Assembly (NCBI GenBank): GCA_963701965.1
Contig: OY969695.1
Span: forward strand, 1,984,001-2,048,000
DNA: 64,000 nucleotides
Direction: 5' to 3'
Source: an uncultured Gemmatimonadales bacterium
GTDB taxonomy: Bacteria; Gemmatimonadota; Gemmatimonadetes; Gemmatimonadales; Gemmatimonadaceae
A program made the position numbers and the translations under genes. This document shows, one piece after another, positions 27,973 to 38,243 of this stretch; position 1 is the stretch's first letter; each line of letters starts with the position of its first letter. The notes beneath the pieces were generated by a model. The model ran no database searches. It worked only from the letters and a program-made list of their open reading frames with translations, and had not been told where the DNA came from.

Positions 27973-29115
27973 TCGCCAGGCCACGGCGATCGTCGCGAGC
28001 TGCACCGCGACGACGAGCGCCACACAGCCGGGCCACCCGCCCCAGCGCCAGAGGATGCCAGGGAGCTCGCTGCCGACGCTTCCCCCGAAATAGTAGCAGG
28101 CGACGTAGAGCCCGGCCGCCGAGGACCGCGTCGCGGCCGGCGCGGCATGCTGGAGAAAGGACGTCGACGCCGACTGACAGACGAAGACCGCCGAGCTGCA
28201 GACCGCGAGCCCGAGCGCCACCAGTGCGAGATTGTGCGTCAGCGTCAATGGCATGGCGCCGGCCGCGATGGCCAGCGCGATCGAGAGCGCACGCCGCGAT
28301 CCGAAGCGATCGATCCACCGCCCCGCGATCGGCGTCACCGGCACTCCGACCAGATACACGACGAAGATGCTGGAGAGCAGCGCCGGTCCGAGCAGGAACG
28401 GCGGCGCCGCCAGATAGAACGTGACATACGTGAACGTCGCCACCAGCGAGAACAGCACACAAAAACCCACCACGTACGTCGCCAGCAACCGCCGATCGGT
28501 GAAATGCGCGAACATGGCGACGAACCCCCGCGCGAATGGAACCCGCCGCGGTTGGAATCGCGTCTCCGCGGGAAGCCATCGCCACGTCACCAACGCCCCC
28601 GCGATGTTGAGCGCCCCGAGGACGACGAACGCCATCCGCCACCCCGCAGCCGCGGTGACAAAACCCGTGATCACGCGGCCACTGAAGCCCCCAATGACGT
28701 TGCCCGTCACCAGCGCCGCCATCGCCGCCCCCACCCCGCGACCCGCGAACTCCTCCGTCACATAGGCAATGGAGACCGCAAAGACCGCCGGCATGACCAT
28801 CCCCTGCAAGAACCGCCAGAACACGAGCGCGTGCAGCGAATGCGACGTCCCTGCCAGCATGGTCGGGATGGCGAGCAACGCCATGGCCGGCACGATCACC
28901 CGTTTTCGCCCCAGCCGGTCCGCCGCCAATCCAACCAGGGGCGCCGCCAGCGAGACGGCGAGCGTCGACGCGCTCACCGTCGCGGCGACCGCCGCTTTGG
29001 AGACGTGAAACTCCGCCTCCAGCGTGGGCAGGAGCGGCTGCGTCGCGTAGAGGCCGAGAAAGGCGCACACACCGCTGGCGCCGACCGCGAGCAACTCCTG
29101 ACGGGTCGCGTTCAT
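27958..29115 (-). CDS. MFS transporter (YnfM-like)
   Basis: LYATQPLLP, GLAADRLGRKRVI motif A, about 12 hydrophobic segments. Confidence 0.9.
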   Translation of the reverse strand: MNATRQELLAVGASGVCAFLGLYATQPLLPTLEAEFHVSKAAVAATVSASTLAVSLAAPLVGLAADRLGRKRVIVPAMALLAIPTMLAGTSHSLHALVFWRFLQGMVMPAVFAVSIAYVTEEFAGRGVGAAMAALVTGNVIGGFSGRVITGFVTAAAGWRMAFVVLGALNIAGALVTWRWLPAETRFQPRRVPFARGFVAMFAHFTDRRLLATYVVGFCVLFSLVATFTYVTFYLAAPPFLLGPALLSSIFVVYLVGVPVTPIAGRWIDRFGSRRALSIALAIAAGAMPLTLTHNLALVALGLAVCSSAVFVCQSASTSFLQHAAPAATRSSAAGLYVACYYFGGSVGSELPGILWRWGGWPGCVALVVAVQLATIAVAWRYWIT

Positions 29116-30575
29116 GCCGCGCGCGCCGCGGCCGCCAACACCTCATCGATCAACGCGTCGATGTCGGACTCCTGCGTCAGATGATTGACGAGGCACGCCC
29201 GCAACCAGAAGCGCCCGTCCAACACCGTCCCTGAAAGAAACGCCCGCCCCCCGAGCTGAATGTCGCGCAGCACCGCACGATTTCTTTCGTCAGACCCTGC
29301 AATTCGAAAGCACACGATGCTGAGCGACGACGGCTCCCACAACTCGAGCGACGGCAACGCCCGCACGCCCGCCGCCAGGCGGGCCGCCAGTCCGCAGTCC
29401 CGGGTGATGCGCGCCGCATAGCCCGCGAACCCGTGGTGCCGCAGCGCCATCCATGTCTTGAGCGCGCGAAACCCACGCGTCTGCTGGATGCCGTACTCGC
29501 TGAACCACGGCGGCCCTTGCACACCGTGCGCGTTCTCGTCCGTCCGCAAATACGCCGGCACCAGGCTGAACGTCTCCCGCATGAGCGCCGCATCGCGCAC
29601 GACCACGAGCCCACTCTCCACCGGCACGGACAGCCACTTGTGCGGGTCCATCGCCACGCTGTCGGCGCGGGCGATCGGCGCCAGCGCCTCGCGATACGCA
29701 TCGGTGAGAATGGCCGGCGCCCCGTAGGCGCCATCGACGTGCAGCCACAGCCCGCGCCGGGCGCACACGTCGGCGATAGGGCCCAGCGGGTCGATCGCTC
29801 CCGTGTTCACCGTTCCGGCACTGGCAACGACCGCCATGGGGCAGTCACCGCGCGCCAGGTCATCGGCGATCATCCCGTCGAGGGCCACGGGATCGAGGCG
29901 CAGCGCGGCGTCCGTCGGAACGGCGCGCAGTGCTGTGCGCCCGAGGCCCAGAATCTCGACGGCCTTTTGATGACAGGAATGGGCCTCCGCCGACGCGTAG
30001 ACCCTGAGGCGGGCATCGGCCGGCAGCCCGTCGGCGCGAACGTCCCAACCGAGCCGGCGGCACGCCGCGGTGCGGGCGACCGCCAGCGCCGTTAGCGCGG
30101 CCGCCGACGATCCGCTCACCAGCAGTCCCATGGCCTCCGCCGGCGCCCCGAGGATGGCTTTGACCCAGGCCACGACCTGATGCTCGACGTAGACCGCGGC
30201 GTGGTTGCCGCCCGCCACGCTCGGGTTCATAGTCGCGGCCAACGCTTCGGCGAAAATGCCGATCACGGTGGGCGGCGAGTTCACCCAACCGAAGAACCGC
30301 GGGTGCCCGTTACCGAACGGATACACCGCGATCTCGCGCGCGAAGTCGGCGAGGATATCATCGGGGGTTGCCGGAGCCAGCGGCGGCGGAGCGCTCGCCC
30401 AGGCGCGCGCCTGCTCGCGCGGCACCGGTCGAAAGACGGGCTCATCGGACAGTTCGGCGAGATATCGCGCGATGAGATCGACGACCAGCCCACCGACCCG
30501 CCTGACCTCGGCGTCTGTCCACTCGGTACCGTTAGTGGGGACCATGTTCACGGGCGAAAAAAGCCTTGCATCCAC
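29112..30575 (-). CDS. Group II PLP-dependent decarboxylase (aromatic amino acid/glutamate decarboxylase family)
   Basis: HPRFFGW, AGTVNTGAIDP, WLHVDGAYG, DPHKW. The start may be at 30546. Confidence 0.9.
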   Translation of the reverse strand: MDARLFSPVNMVPTNGTEWTDAEVRRVGGLVVDLIARYLAELSDEPVFRPVPREQARAWASAPPPLAPATPDDILADFAREIAVYPFGNGHPRFFGWVNSPPTVIGIFAEALAATMNPSVAGGNHAAVYVEHQVVAWVKAILGAPAEAMGLLVSGSSAAALTALAVARTAACRRLGWDVRADGLPADARLRVYASAEAHSCHQKAVEILGLGRTALRAVPTDAALRLDPVALDGMIADDLARGDCPMAVVASAGTVNTGAIDPLGPIADVCARRGLWLHVDGAYGAPAILTDAYREALAPIARADSVAMDPHKWLSVPVESGLVVVRDAALMRETFSLVPAYLRTDENAHGVQGPPWFSEYGIQQTRGFRALKTWMALRHHGFAGYAARITRDCGLAARLAAGVRALPSLELWEPSSLSIVCFRIAGSDERNRAVLRDIQLGGRAFLSGTVLDGRFWLRACLVNHLTQESDIDALIDEVLAAAARAA

Positions 30576-30602
30576 AGCGCGAAACGGCGACTCTCTGTAA
30601 CG

Positions 30603-31286
30603 ATGGAGTCACAGGAAGAGTTTACGCCACCGCCGGTCGACGCGTTCGCAATCGGGTCCGCTCCCGAAGCCGCGCCCGAGACCAAGGCACAGGCGCGGCG
30701 CGTGAGGCGCACGCCCGCGTACACGCTCGACCTGCTGGTGGTGCGGCACGGGCCGGCCGGCGATCGCGAGGAGTTCGCGCGCACGGGCCGCGACGATGAC
30801 GAGCGGCCGCTGACCGCCAAGGGCATCCGGCAGATGCGGCGGGCGGCGGGCGGCCTGGTGGAGCTGATCGAGTCCGTGGACACCCTTGGCACCAGTCCCC
30901 TCGTGCGGGCGCGGGAGACCGCCGCCATCGTGGCCGAGGCCTGGGACGTCGCGCCCGACGAGGTCGGCGCCTTGGGTGAGGGAGACCGGCGCGGGATGCT
31001 CCGGTGGGTCCGGAACACGGCCGCAGTGGTCGCCCGGAAACGCCGCAAAAGCCACCCGGCGGACGCGGCCCATGTCACCGTCGCCATCGTCGGTCATGAG
31101 CCGGACCTCGGCGCGTTCATCGCCTGGCTGCTGTCGGGCCGGCCCGCCGAGGCGGTCGGTGACCCCTGGATCGAGCTCAAGAAAGGCGGGGCGTGTCTGC
31201 TCTCCTTCGCCAGCCGGCCGACACCGAGGCACGGCCGTCTCGAGTGGTGCCTGACGCGGTCCCAGCTCGAACGATTGAGGCGCTGA
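30603..31286 (+). CDS. sixA: SixA-like histidine phosphatase
   Basis: VVRHG, RPLTAKG, TSPLVRARETA, VGHEPDL, LKKGG. Confidence 0.8.
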   Translation: MESQEEFTPPPVDAFAIGSAPEAAPETKAQARRVRRTPAYTLDLLVVRHGPAGDREEFARTGRDDDERPLTAKGIRQMRRAAGGLVELIESVDTLGTSPLVRARETAAIVAEAWDVAPDEVGALGEGDRRGMLRWVRNTAAVVARKRRKSHPADAAHVTVAIVGHEPDLGAFIAWLLSGRPAEAVGDPWIELKKGGACLLSFASRPTPRHGRLEWCLTRSQLERLRR

Positions 31287-31291
31287 CCCAC

Positions 31292-32689
31292 ATGAGTGGA
31301 TTGGGGGAGTTTCTCGACCAACCGGTCGAGCGGGCCGCGCGTCTCGTCGCGATCGACCTCCTGCGCCAGGCGGCCGCGGCGCGGGAGCGGCTGATCGATC
31401 CCGCCGACGTCGAAGCGCTCCACGATTTTCGCGTGGCGATGCGCCGGCTCCGGACGTGGCTCCGCGCCTATCGTCCGCACCTGGGCGGCAGCGTCCGCAA
31501 ACGCGAGCGCCGGCGGCTCAAGCGCGTCACGTGCGCGACCGGCGCGGCGCGCGACACCGAGGTGCAGCTCGCCTGGCTCGCCGAGCGTGAGTCGACGCTG
31601 GATGTCGCCGAGCGGTTCGGCGCCACGCACCTCCGCCACCGGTTGGAACGCAAGAAGCACGAGGCAACGGCTGGCATGCACACCGCCATCAGCCGGCATT
31701 TCGCGCGGGCGGCGGGCGAGTTGGCGGTCGCCCTGCCCGTCTATTACATCCCGGCCCGCGTCGATGAGCCGTTGCGCACCACGCCGATGGCCGCGGCGGC
31801 GGCCGAGGTCGTCCATCGCAGCACGGCGTTGTTGCGCGACCGGCTGCGGCGGGTCCGCTCCGTCGACGATCAGGAGTTGGCGCACGACGCGCGCATCGAA
31901 GGCAAGCGGCTGCGCTACGTGCTGGAGCCCATCGCCGACTGGGTCGAGGGCGCGCCCGAGATCATCCGGCAGCTCAAACGGCTCCAGGACGTGATCGGCG
32001 AGCTGCACGATGCCTGCGTGCTGTCGCGCGAGGTGCTGCGCGATGCCGAGTCGTCGTCGCCCACCGATGTGGCGCGCCCGGGCATCGTCGCATTGGCCGC
32101 CGCCCTGCGGGCCCGCGAGCTGGCCGCGTTCGCGGAGTTGCAGAGCGCATGGCTCGACGGCAGCGATCACGCGCGGCAGTTTCTGGACGCCCTGGGCTTG
32201 TTGGCGGCGCACCTCGGCTCCCGCGCGACCGCCGACCGCGAGATCGAGCGCAAGTACCTCCTGCACGCGTTGCCGGATCGCGTGCACGACGCGCCGGTGC
32301 GGCACATCGAGCAGGGGTACGTGCCGGGTACCCGGCTCGCCGAGCGCTTGCGGCGCGTCCACTGCGATGGCGACATCACGTGCTATCGCACGATGAAACT
32401 GGGCACCGGCGCCAGTCGCACCGAGGTCGAGGAGGAAGCGGCGCCCGACGTGTTCGATGCCATGTGGCCGCTCACGGCCGGCCACCGCGTCCACAAACGC
32501 CGCTACGCGATCACCGAGGGTGACCGGATCTGGGAGATCGACGAGTACACCGACCGGGAGCTCGTCGTCGCCGAGGTCGAGCTCCCCGACGTCGACACGC
32601 CCGTCGCCCCACCGGAGTGGTTGGCGCCCTATGTCGTGCGCGAGGTGACCGGCGACCCCGCGTACCTCAACATCAACCTGGCGGGCTGA
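31292..32689 (+). CDS. CHAD-CYTH two-domain protein
   Basis: CHAD motifs LHDFRVAMRRLR, HDARIEGKRLRY, LQDVIGELHD; CYTH motifs EIERKYL, KRRY, EIDEY, VAEVEL. Confidence 0.88.
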   Translation: MSGLGEFLDQPVERAARLVAIDLLRQAAAARERLIDPADVEALHDFRVAMRRLRTWLRAYRPHLGGSVRKRERRRLKRVTCATGAARDTEVQLAWLAERESTLDVAERFGATHLRHRLERKKHEATAGMHTAISRHFARAAGELAVALPVYYIPARVDEPLRTTPMAAAAAEVVHRSTALLRDRLRRVRSVDDQELAHDARIEGKRLRYVLEPIADWVEGAPEIIRQLKRLQDVIGELHDACVLSREVLRDAESSSPTDVARPGIVALAAALRARELAAFAELQSAWLDGSDHARQFLDALGLLAAHLGSRATADREIERKYLLHALPDRVHDAPVRHIEQGYVPGTRLAERLRRVHCDGDITCYRTMKLGTGASRTEVEEEAAPDVFDAMWPLTAGHRVHKRRYAITEGDRIWEIDEYTDRELVVAEVELPDVDTPVAPPEWLAPYVVREVTGDPAYLNINLAG

Positions 32690-33469
32690 TCGCGCCCCTC
32701 ATCGCCGCGATCGTCCTGCTCGCGATCGCCCTCACGATCACCACCCGCAAGTGGTGGCGGGAAATGCATCGGCGCCGGGCGCAGGGATACGGGCGACCGT
32801 GGCGCATCGCGCGCGTGCCGCTGGAGCGGCTGGACCCGGTGTTCGCGCGGGACCCGCAGTTGGGCTACTCGCTGGACACCGAAGTGGCCTTCGTCTCCCG
32901 CATCGGCACCCGAGATGCTCGGCGCGACGACGGACTACGAAGCCTGGATTCTCTCGGTGCTGGCGCGGCGGGCCACGACGATGTTCGAGTTTGGCACCTG
33001 CACCGGTCGCACGGCGTACCTGTGGGCGCGGAACGCGCCGGCCGAGGCCACGGTGCACACGCTGACGCTCGCTCCCGACGGCGTGGACGCCTATCGCGCC
33101 GCGCCGGGCGACGCGGCCGAGGACGAACGCGAGGCGCGCATCGAATCCGTCTTCCAGCATTTCGTGTACAGCGGCACGACGGTGGCGCCCAAGATCCGGC
33201 AACTCTATGGCGACAGCAAGGCGTTCGACGAGACGCCGTACGTGGGCCGGTGCGATCTCGTCTTCGTCGACGGATCGCACGCCTACTCGTACGTCGTGAG
33301 CGATTCCGAGAAAGCGCTGCGCATGGTCAAACCCGGCGGCATCGTGTTGTGGCACGACTATGTGGGCGGGCCGGACGCGCCGGGCACCTATCGCGCGCTC
33401 AACGAGATCGCTGATCGGTTACCATTGGTGCATCTTGCGGGCACCACGCTCGTGGCCTACCGTAAATAG
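32686..33469 (+). CDS. Membrane-anchored class I SAM-dependent methyltransferase (Methyltransf_24-like), frameshifted at ~32905
   Basis: FEFGTCTG, LVFVDGSHAY and PGGIVLWHDY in ORF 32915..33469. The N-terminal hydrophobic segment lies in another frame starting at ~32686 (CTG overlapping the upstream TGA; start uncertain). Confidence 0.72.
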
Positions 33470-33490
33470 CCTGCACCTTCGGAGCACGAC

Positions 33491-33925
33491 ATGCACTCGT
33501 GTGGCATTCTCGTCGCCACCGGCGTCGCCCTGTGTAGCGTCGCCTGTTCGGACGCCACGAGCGTCGCCAATCCCACCCCACAGACCATTGCGCTCTCCGG
33601 CACCTGGACGGTGTCGGACAACACATCCCATGAGATGAAGCTGACGTTGGTCGAGGGAGGCGCCGTCACGGGAGGCGACACCGTCACGGGCACAGCCACG
33701 AGTGACACGTCGTCCCTTGGCATTCAGGGCGTCTACCTCAAGAACGACACGTGCCAGAGTGTCTGTGCCCAGATCGGGCTGTTGCTCACGAATGGGGGAG
33801 CCGACTCGGTGATCGTCCGCGCCGGTCCCGAGGACAACAACCATTTATCCGCGGACGTCACGCCGTCAGCGAGCGCGACGCAGTTCGCGCGGTGGACCGG
33901 AACCCAGATCTTTACCCGCCAATGA
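33491..33925 (+). CDS. Hypothetical lipoprotein
   Basis: GGAG RBS, lipobox-like CSVAC, LSGTW beta-strand start; ATGA overlap with the next gene. Confidence 0.6.
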   Translation: MHSCGILVATGVALCSVACSDATSVANPTPQTIALSGTWTVSDNTSHEMKLTLVEGGAVTGGDTVTGTATSDTSSLGIQGVYLKNDTCQSVCAQIGLLLTNGGADSVIVRAGPEDNNHLSADVTPSASATQFARWTGTQIFTRQ

Positions 33926-34479
33926 CCCGAACCGCATCGACCATGGTCGCGCTGGGCGCGGCCGCTCCCGACTTCGCGTTGCCCGACGTCGTGACCCACC
34001 GCGTGATCACGCGCGATGAGTTCGCCGCCAGCACCGCATTACTCGTGATGTTCATCTGCAACCACTGCCCGTTCGTCGTGCACGTCGAGGACGAGCTGGC
34101 CCGCATCGGGCGCGAGTACGGCGGGCGAGGCGTGGGCATCGTCGCCATCTCCGCCAACGACACGATCACCCAGCCCGAGGACGCGCCGGACAAGCTCGCG
34201 GGGCAAGCGCGTCGCGCGGGGTTCACGTTTCCGTATCTCTACGACGAGTCGCAGCGCGTGGCGCGCGCCTACGACGCCGCATGCACGCCCGATCTCTTCC
34301 TGTTCGGCCCCGCCCGCACCCTCGTCTATCGCGGCCAGTTGGACGACAGCCGACCCAACAACGGACGCCCGGTGACAGGAATGGATCTCCGCGCCGCACT
34401 GGACGCCGTGCTCGCCGGCAAGCCGGGGCCCGCGGAACAGCGGCCGAGCGTGGGATGCAACATCAAGTGGAAGGCTTGA
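33922..34479 (+). CDS. Thioredoxin-like AhpC/TSA-family protein
   Basis: APDFALPD, FICNHCPFV, FPYLYDESQ, ACTPD, YRGQLDDSRP, SVGCNIKWK. Confidence 0.9.
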   Translation: MTRTASTMVALGAAAPDFALPDVVTHRVITRDEFAASTALLVMFICNHCPFVVHVEDELARIGREYGGRGVGIVAISANDTITQPEDAPDKLAGQARRAGFTFPYLYDESQRVARAYDAACTPDLFLFGPARTLVYRGQLDDSRPNNGRPVTGMDLRAALDAVLAGKPGPAEQRPSVGCNIKWKA

Positions 34480-35062
34480 CGGATCGGCGCTGAATTTTGA
34501 TCACGAGGAATATGCCGAGTAGCACGGCGCCGGCGGCGACCAGCCCGCCCCGGCCCAGGAGGTGGTGCAGCCGCGGCAGGTTGTAGCCGAACGAGTAGGC
34601 GAGCAGCGCGATCGCAATGGACCAGCACAAGCCGCCCAGCGCGTTGTAGATCGAGAACGTCGCAAACGGCATGCGGACGACACCGGCCAGCACCCCGGCG
34701 ACGATCCGGAGGATGGCCACGAAGCGCGCCAGGAACACCGTCTTGGCGCCATGCCGCGCATAGAACGCGCGGCCCCGCTCGATCTGGGCCTCGTCGAGAC
34801 CGATGTAACGTCCGACGCGGTGCACGAACGGGAGGCCGCCCGCGCGTCCGATCCAGTATCCGCCCGATCCGCCGGCGATCGTCCCAATGGTCGACGCGGC
34901 GATGACGCCCGCGAGCGAGAGTCGCCCCTGCGCGGCGAACGCCGCGGCCGTGATCAGCGCGGTCTCACCCGGGAGGGGCAATCCCAGGTTTTCGGCGCAC
35001 ACCAGGAGCGCGACGACGCCGTAGCCATACTGGCCGATGAGCTGCCCGATCGACCCCCACAC
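34463..35062 (-). CDS. DedA-family membrane protein
   Basis: ENLGLPLPGET, GYWIGR, ARFVAILR, FSIYNALG. Confidence 0.92.
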   Translation of the reverse strand: MWGSIGQLIGQYGYGVVALLVCAENLGLPLPGETALITAAAFAAQGRLSLAGVIAASTIGTIAGGSGGYWIGRAGGLPFVHRVGRYIGLDEAQIERGRAFYARHGAKTVFLARFVAILRIVAGVLAGVVRMPFATFSIYNALGGLCWSIAIALLAYSFGYNLPRLHHLLGRGGLVAAGAVLLGIFLVIKIQRRSVKPST

Positions 35063-35102
35063 TTATTGGCACGGACGCATGACGGGGAATAATACTTCCC
35101 AC

Positions 35103-35504
35103 ATGCGAATGCTGGCGATGCTGGTCCTGAGCGTGACGGTATACAAGAGCGCCACCTGCGGGTGCTGCGCCAAGTGGGTCGAGCGGATGCGGGCCGCGGG
35201 CTTTACCGTCGACACCGTGAACGTCGCCAGCCAGGGCGCGCTCGACGTGATCAAGCGCGACCACGGCATCACGGCGCGGCTCGCGTCCTGCCACACGGCC
35301 GTCGTCGGCGGGTACGTCGTCGAGGGGCACGTCCCGCCGGAGGACATTCAGCGCCTGGTCCGCGAGCACCCCGCGGGGATCGCGGGTCTCGCCGTCCCCG
35401 GTATGCCAAGCAGCGCGCCCGGTATGGACGCGCCGACGGGGGAGCACTACGACGTGCTGGCGCTGCAGAAAGACGGCAGCACCAGCGTTTACGATCACCG
35501 GTAA
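35103..35504 (+). CDS. DUF411-family CGCC metal-binding protein
   Basis: VYKSATCGCCAKW, SCHTA..GYVVEGHVP, GLAVPGMP. Confidence 0.88.
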   Translation: MRMLAMLVLSVTVYKSATCGCCAKWVERMRAAGFTVDTVNVASQGALDVIKRDHGITARLASCHTAVVGGYVVEGHVPPEDIQRLVREHPAGIAGLAVPGMPSSAPGMDAPTGEHYDVLALQKDGSTSVYDHR

Positions 35505-38243
35505 CTATTCGGCGCGAATCGCCACCAGCGGCGCCACCCGCGACGCGCGCAGCGCCGGGAGATACCCGGCCAACGCCGCGCTCGCGGCGAGCACCACCGT
35601 AGCCAGTCCGATCGACGGTGGATCGAACAGTCCGATCCCGAAGAGTTGTCCTTTCACGAGTCGCGCACCGGCGATGGCGACCGGGATACCGACCGCCATC
35701 CCGATCCCCGTGAGCAGGATGGCCTCCCGTAGGACCATACGCGTGACGGCCCCGGGTGCGGCGCCAAGGGCCATGCGGAGGCCGAACTCGCCGGTGCGCC
35801 GGGCGGTGCTGTACGCCATGACGCCGTAGAGGCCGAGCGCCGCCAACACCAGCGCCAGGATGCCGAAGAACGACACCATCGTGGCCACGAGCCGATCCTG
35901 GCTGATCGAGTCGCGAATGAGATCCGTCAGGGGCTCGACATCGAGCACGATGAGCGAGGGACCGGCGGCGGCCAAAGCGCGCCGAACCGCTATCGCGAGG
36001 CGCGCCGGATCACCGGTCGTCCGGATCTCCAGATTCACGCCCGCCGGGGAGTTCGGCATCTGGAGGACGGGCATGTACAAGCGCCGCACTGGCGGCTCCC
36101 GCACGCCGTTCTCCTGAATGTCTCCCACGATGCCCACGATCTCCGGCTTCGACGCGCTGTCCAGCTGCACATGGTGGCCGATCGCGTCGCCGTTGGGGAA
36201 GAAGAATCGGGCCATCGTCTGATTGAAGACCACGACTTTGGCCCCGGTCTCGTTGTCCCGCGGCTCGATGTCCCGACCCTGCAGGATGTGGGCGCCGATC
36301 GATCGGAAGTAGTGCGGCCCGACGACGTCGGATGCCACCAGCGTATCGCTGTCGGCGTGCGCCACGTACCCCTCGACCTGCATCGTCGAACCCGACTCGG
36401 TGCCGCTGAAGATGCCGTTCTCCGAAGCCGTCACGGCGGCCACGCCCGGCACTTGCTGGACGCGGGCAATGAGATCGCGCAGCAGCGCGTTGAACTTCGG
36501 CCCCTCGTAGCCGCTGCGTCCCGCGTCGATGCGCGCGATCAAGAGACCATCGCGCGCCACGCCCACGTCGGCGTTCGCCAACCGTATCGTGCTGCGGACG
36601 AGCATGCCCGCGCCCACCAGCAAGAGCATTGAAAGCGCGACTTGGACCACCACCAGCCACCGGCCCATCGGCATGCGCCCCTGCGCGATGCCCCGGCCTC
36701 CGGACCGGATCGTGTTCGCCACGTCCTGTCGGGTGGCCCGGAGCGCCGGCACCAGTCCGAACAACACGGCGGTCAGGAGCGACACGCCGGCCGTGAATCC
36801 CAGCACGCGGCCATCAAGGTGGAGCGCCAGCGGAATCGGTTGGTTCGTGCTGGCGAGTCGCAGCAACACCGTACTGCCGGCCATCGCAAGGATGAGGGAC
36901 AGCCCGGCCCCGATCGCCGCCAGCACCACGCTCTCAGTCAGCAGCTGCTGCACCAGCCGCGCCCGCCCCGCGCCCAGCGCGATGCGGACGCCGATCTCGC
37001 GACCGCGCGCCGCGGCGCGCGCCAGCAACAGGTTGGCGACATTCGCGCAGGCGATGAGCAGGACCAATCCTACGACTCCCATGAGCGTCACGAGGGGCGC
37101 CGCGTAGACTCCGCGATAGTACGAGAACCCCATGGCGCCGGCCACGATCATGGCAGGGCGCGTTCGGATCTCCCGCTGCACGCTCTGGACGTTGGCCGCG
37201 GTCGCGTGGTCGAGTAGCGAGCGGTGCACGAGCGCCGCGGTCTCGAGCTTGGCCTGTGCCAGTGTCACGCCGGACCGGAGCCGGCCCATGAAGAGCAGCC
37301 AGTTGGTCGTGCGGTCGTCGAGCCACGGGCTGTGCGGCTCGAGCGTGGGCTCCATCGTGACGGGTATCCAGAAGTCCGGGGCCTGGCCCACCACGTCACC
37401 GAAGAACCCGCGCGGCGCGACGCCGATGATCGTCAGCGGCACGCCGTTTACGACGATGACGCGACCGAGCGCACTGCCGTCGCCGGCAAACCGGCGCTGC
37501 CAGTACGCATAGCTGATCACAACGACCGGGCTCGCGCCCGGCACCTGATCCTCGTCGGACGCGAACGTGCGACCCGCCGCCGTCCCAACGCCCAGCACCG
37601 AGAAGAAATTCCCGGAGACGTAGCGGCCGTGCGGATGCTCGGCCTCATCGCGCGACGGCGCCCCTGCCGCACCGGCCGTGGCGACGACGACATCGAGCCG
37701 CTCGCTCCGGCCCGTAGCGTAGATGCCGGCAAAGACGTGGTTCTGGTCGCGCACGTCCTTGTATACCGGGTAAGACTCGATCGTGGTCGACGGCGCGCCC
37801 TGTGATAAGCCGCCCGTCCGTTTGGGATCGCCGACCGTGACCAGTTGCTCGGGGTGCGGCACCGGGAGCGGTCGCAGCATGAGGGCATCAATCAACGTGA
37901 ACGTCGCCGTGTTGGCGCCGATCCCCAGGGTGAGGATTAGCAGCACGACAGCGGCGAACAGCTTGTTGTGCAGCAGGGTGCGGACGCCATAGTGCACGTC
38001 CTGCCGGAGATGCAAGAAAAAGTCGGCCTGTCGCATGGCGCGGTCCCGGTCATAGTCGATGGCGAGGCACGCGCCGCGGATCGCGGACAGGTCGCCGAAG
38101 CGCTCCAACGCGGCCGCCCGCGCGAGCGTAGGATCCTCGCCGCGCGAGACCAACGCCCGCTCGCGCTCGCCGAGGTGAAACGCGATCTCCTCGTCCACAT
38201 CGCGCTCGACGCGTCGCGGCCCGCGGTCGAGGCGGAACGTCAC
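35505..38243 (-). CDS. Duplicated MacB/FtsX-type ABC permease (ADOP-like)
   Basis: DEEIAFH prefix, QDVHYGVRTL, LIACANVANLLLAR, EIGVRIALGA, GLYGVMAY...EFGLRMALGA; GTGA overlap with padR. Confidence 0.92.
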   Translation of the reverse strand: MTFRLDRGPRRVERDVDEEIAFHLGERERALVSRGEDPTLARAAALERFGDLSAIRGACLAIDYDRDRAMRQADFFLHLRQDVHYGVRTLLHNKLFAAVVLLILTLGIGANTATFTLIDALMLRPLPVPHPEQLVTVGDPKRTGGLSQGAPSTTIESYPVYKDVRDQNHVFAGIYATGRSERLDVVVATAGAAGAPSRDEAEHPHGRYVSGNFFSVLGVGTAAGRTFASDEDQVPGASPVVVISYAYWQRRFAGDGSALGRVIVVNGVPLTIIGVAPRGFFGDVVGQAPDFWIPVTMEPTLEPHSPWLDDRTTNWLLFMGRLRSGVTLAQAKLETAALVHRSLLDHATAANVQSVQREIRTRPAMIVAGAMGFSYYRGVYAAPLVTLMGVVGLVLLIACANVANLLLARAAARGREIGVRIALGAGRARLVQQLLTESVVLAAIGAGLSLILAMAGSTVLLRLASTNQPIPLALHLDGRVLGFTAGVSLLTAVLFGLVPALRATRQDVANTIRSGGRGIAQGRMPMGRWLVVVQVALSMLLLVGAGMLVRSTIRLANADVGVARDGLLIARIDAGRSGYEGPKFNALLRDLIARVQQVPGVAAVTASENGIFSGTESGSTMQVEGYVAHADSDTLVASDVVGPHYFRSIGAHILQGRDIEPRDNETGAKVVVFNQTMARFFFPNGDAIGHHVQLDSASKPEIVGIVGDIQENGVREPPVRRLYMPVLQMPNSPAGVNLEIRTTGDPARLAIAVRRALAAAGPSLIVLDVEPLTDLIRDSISQDRLVATMVSFFGILALVLAALGLYGVMAYSTARRTGEFGLRMALGAAPGAVTRMVLREAILLTGIGMAVGIPVAIAGARLVKGQLFGIGLFDPPSIGLATVVLAASAALAGYLPALRASRVAPLVAIRAE

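Noticed and set aside
26932..29184. 750-aa plus-strand ORF spanning the VNTR with HVTQ/SRHP repeats
   Set aside because: Antisense to the desulfurase-like and MFS genes; mixed 14/15-nt units do not preserve a frame.
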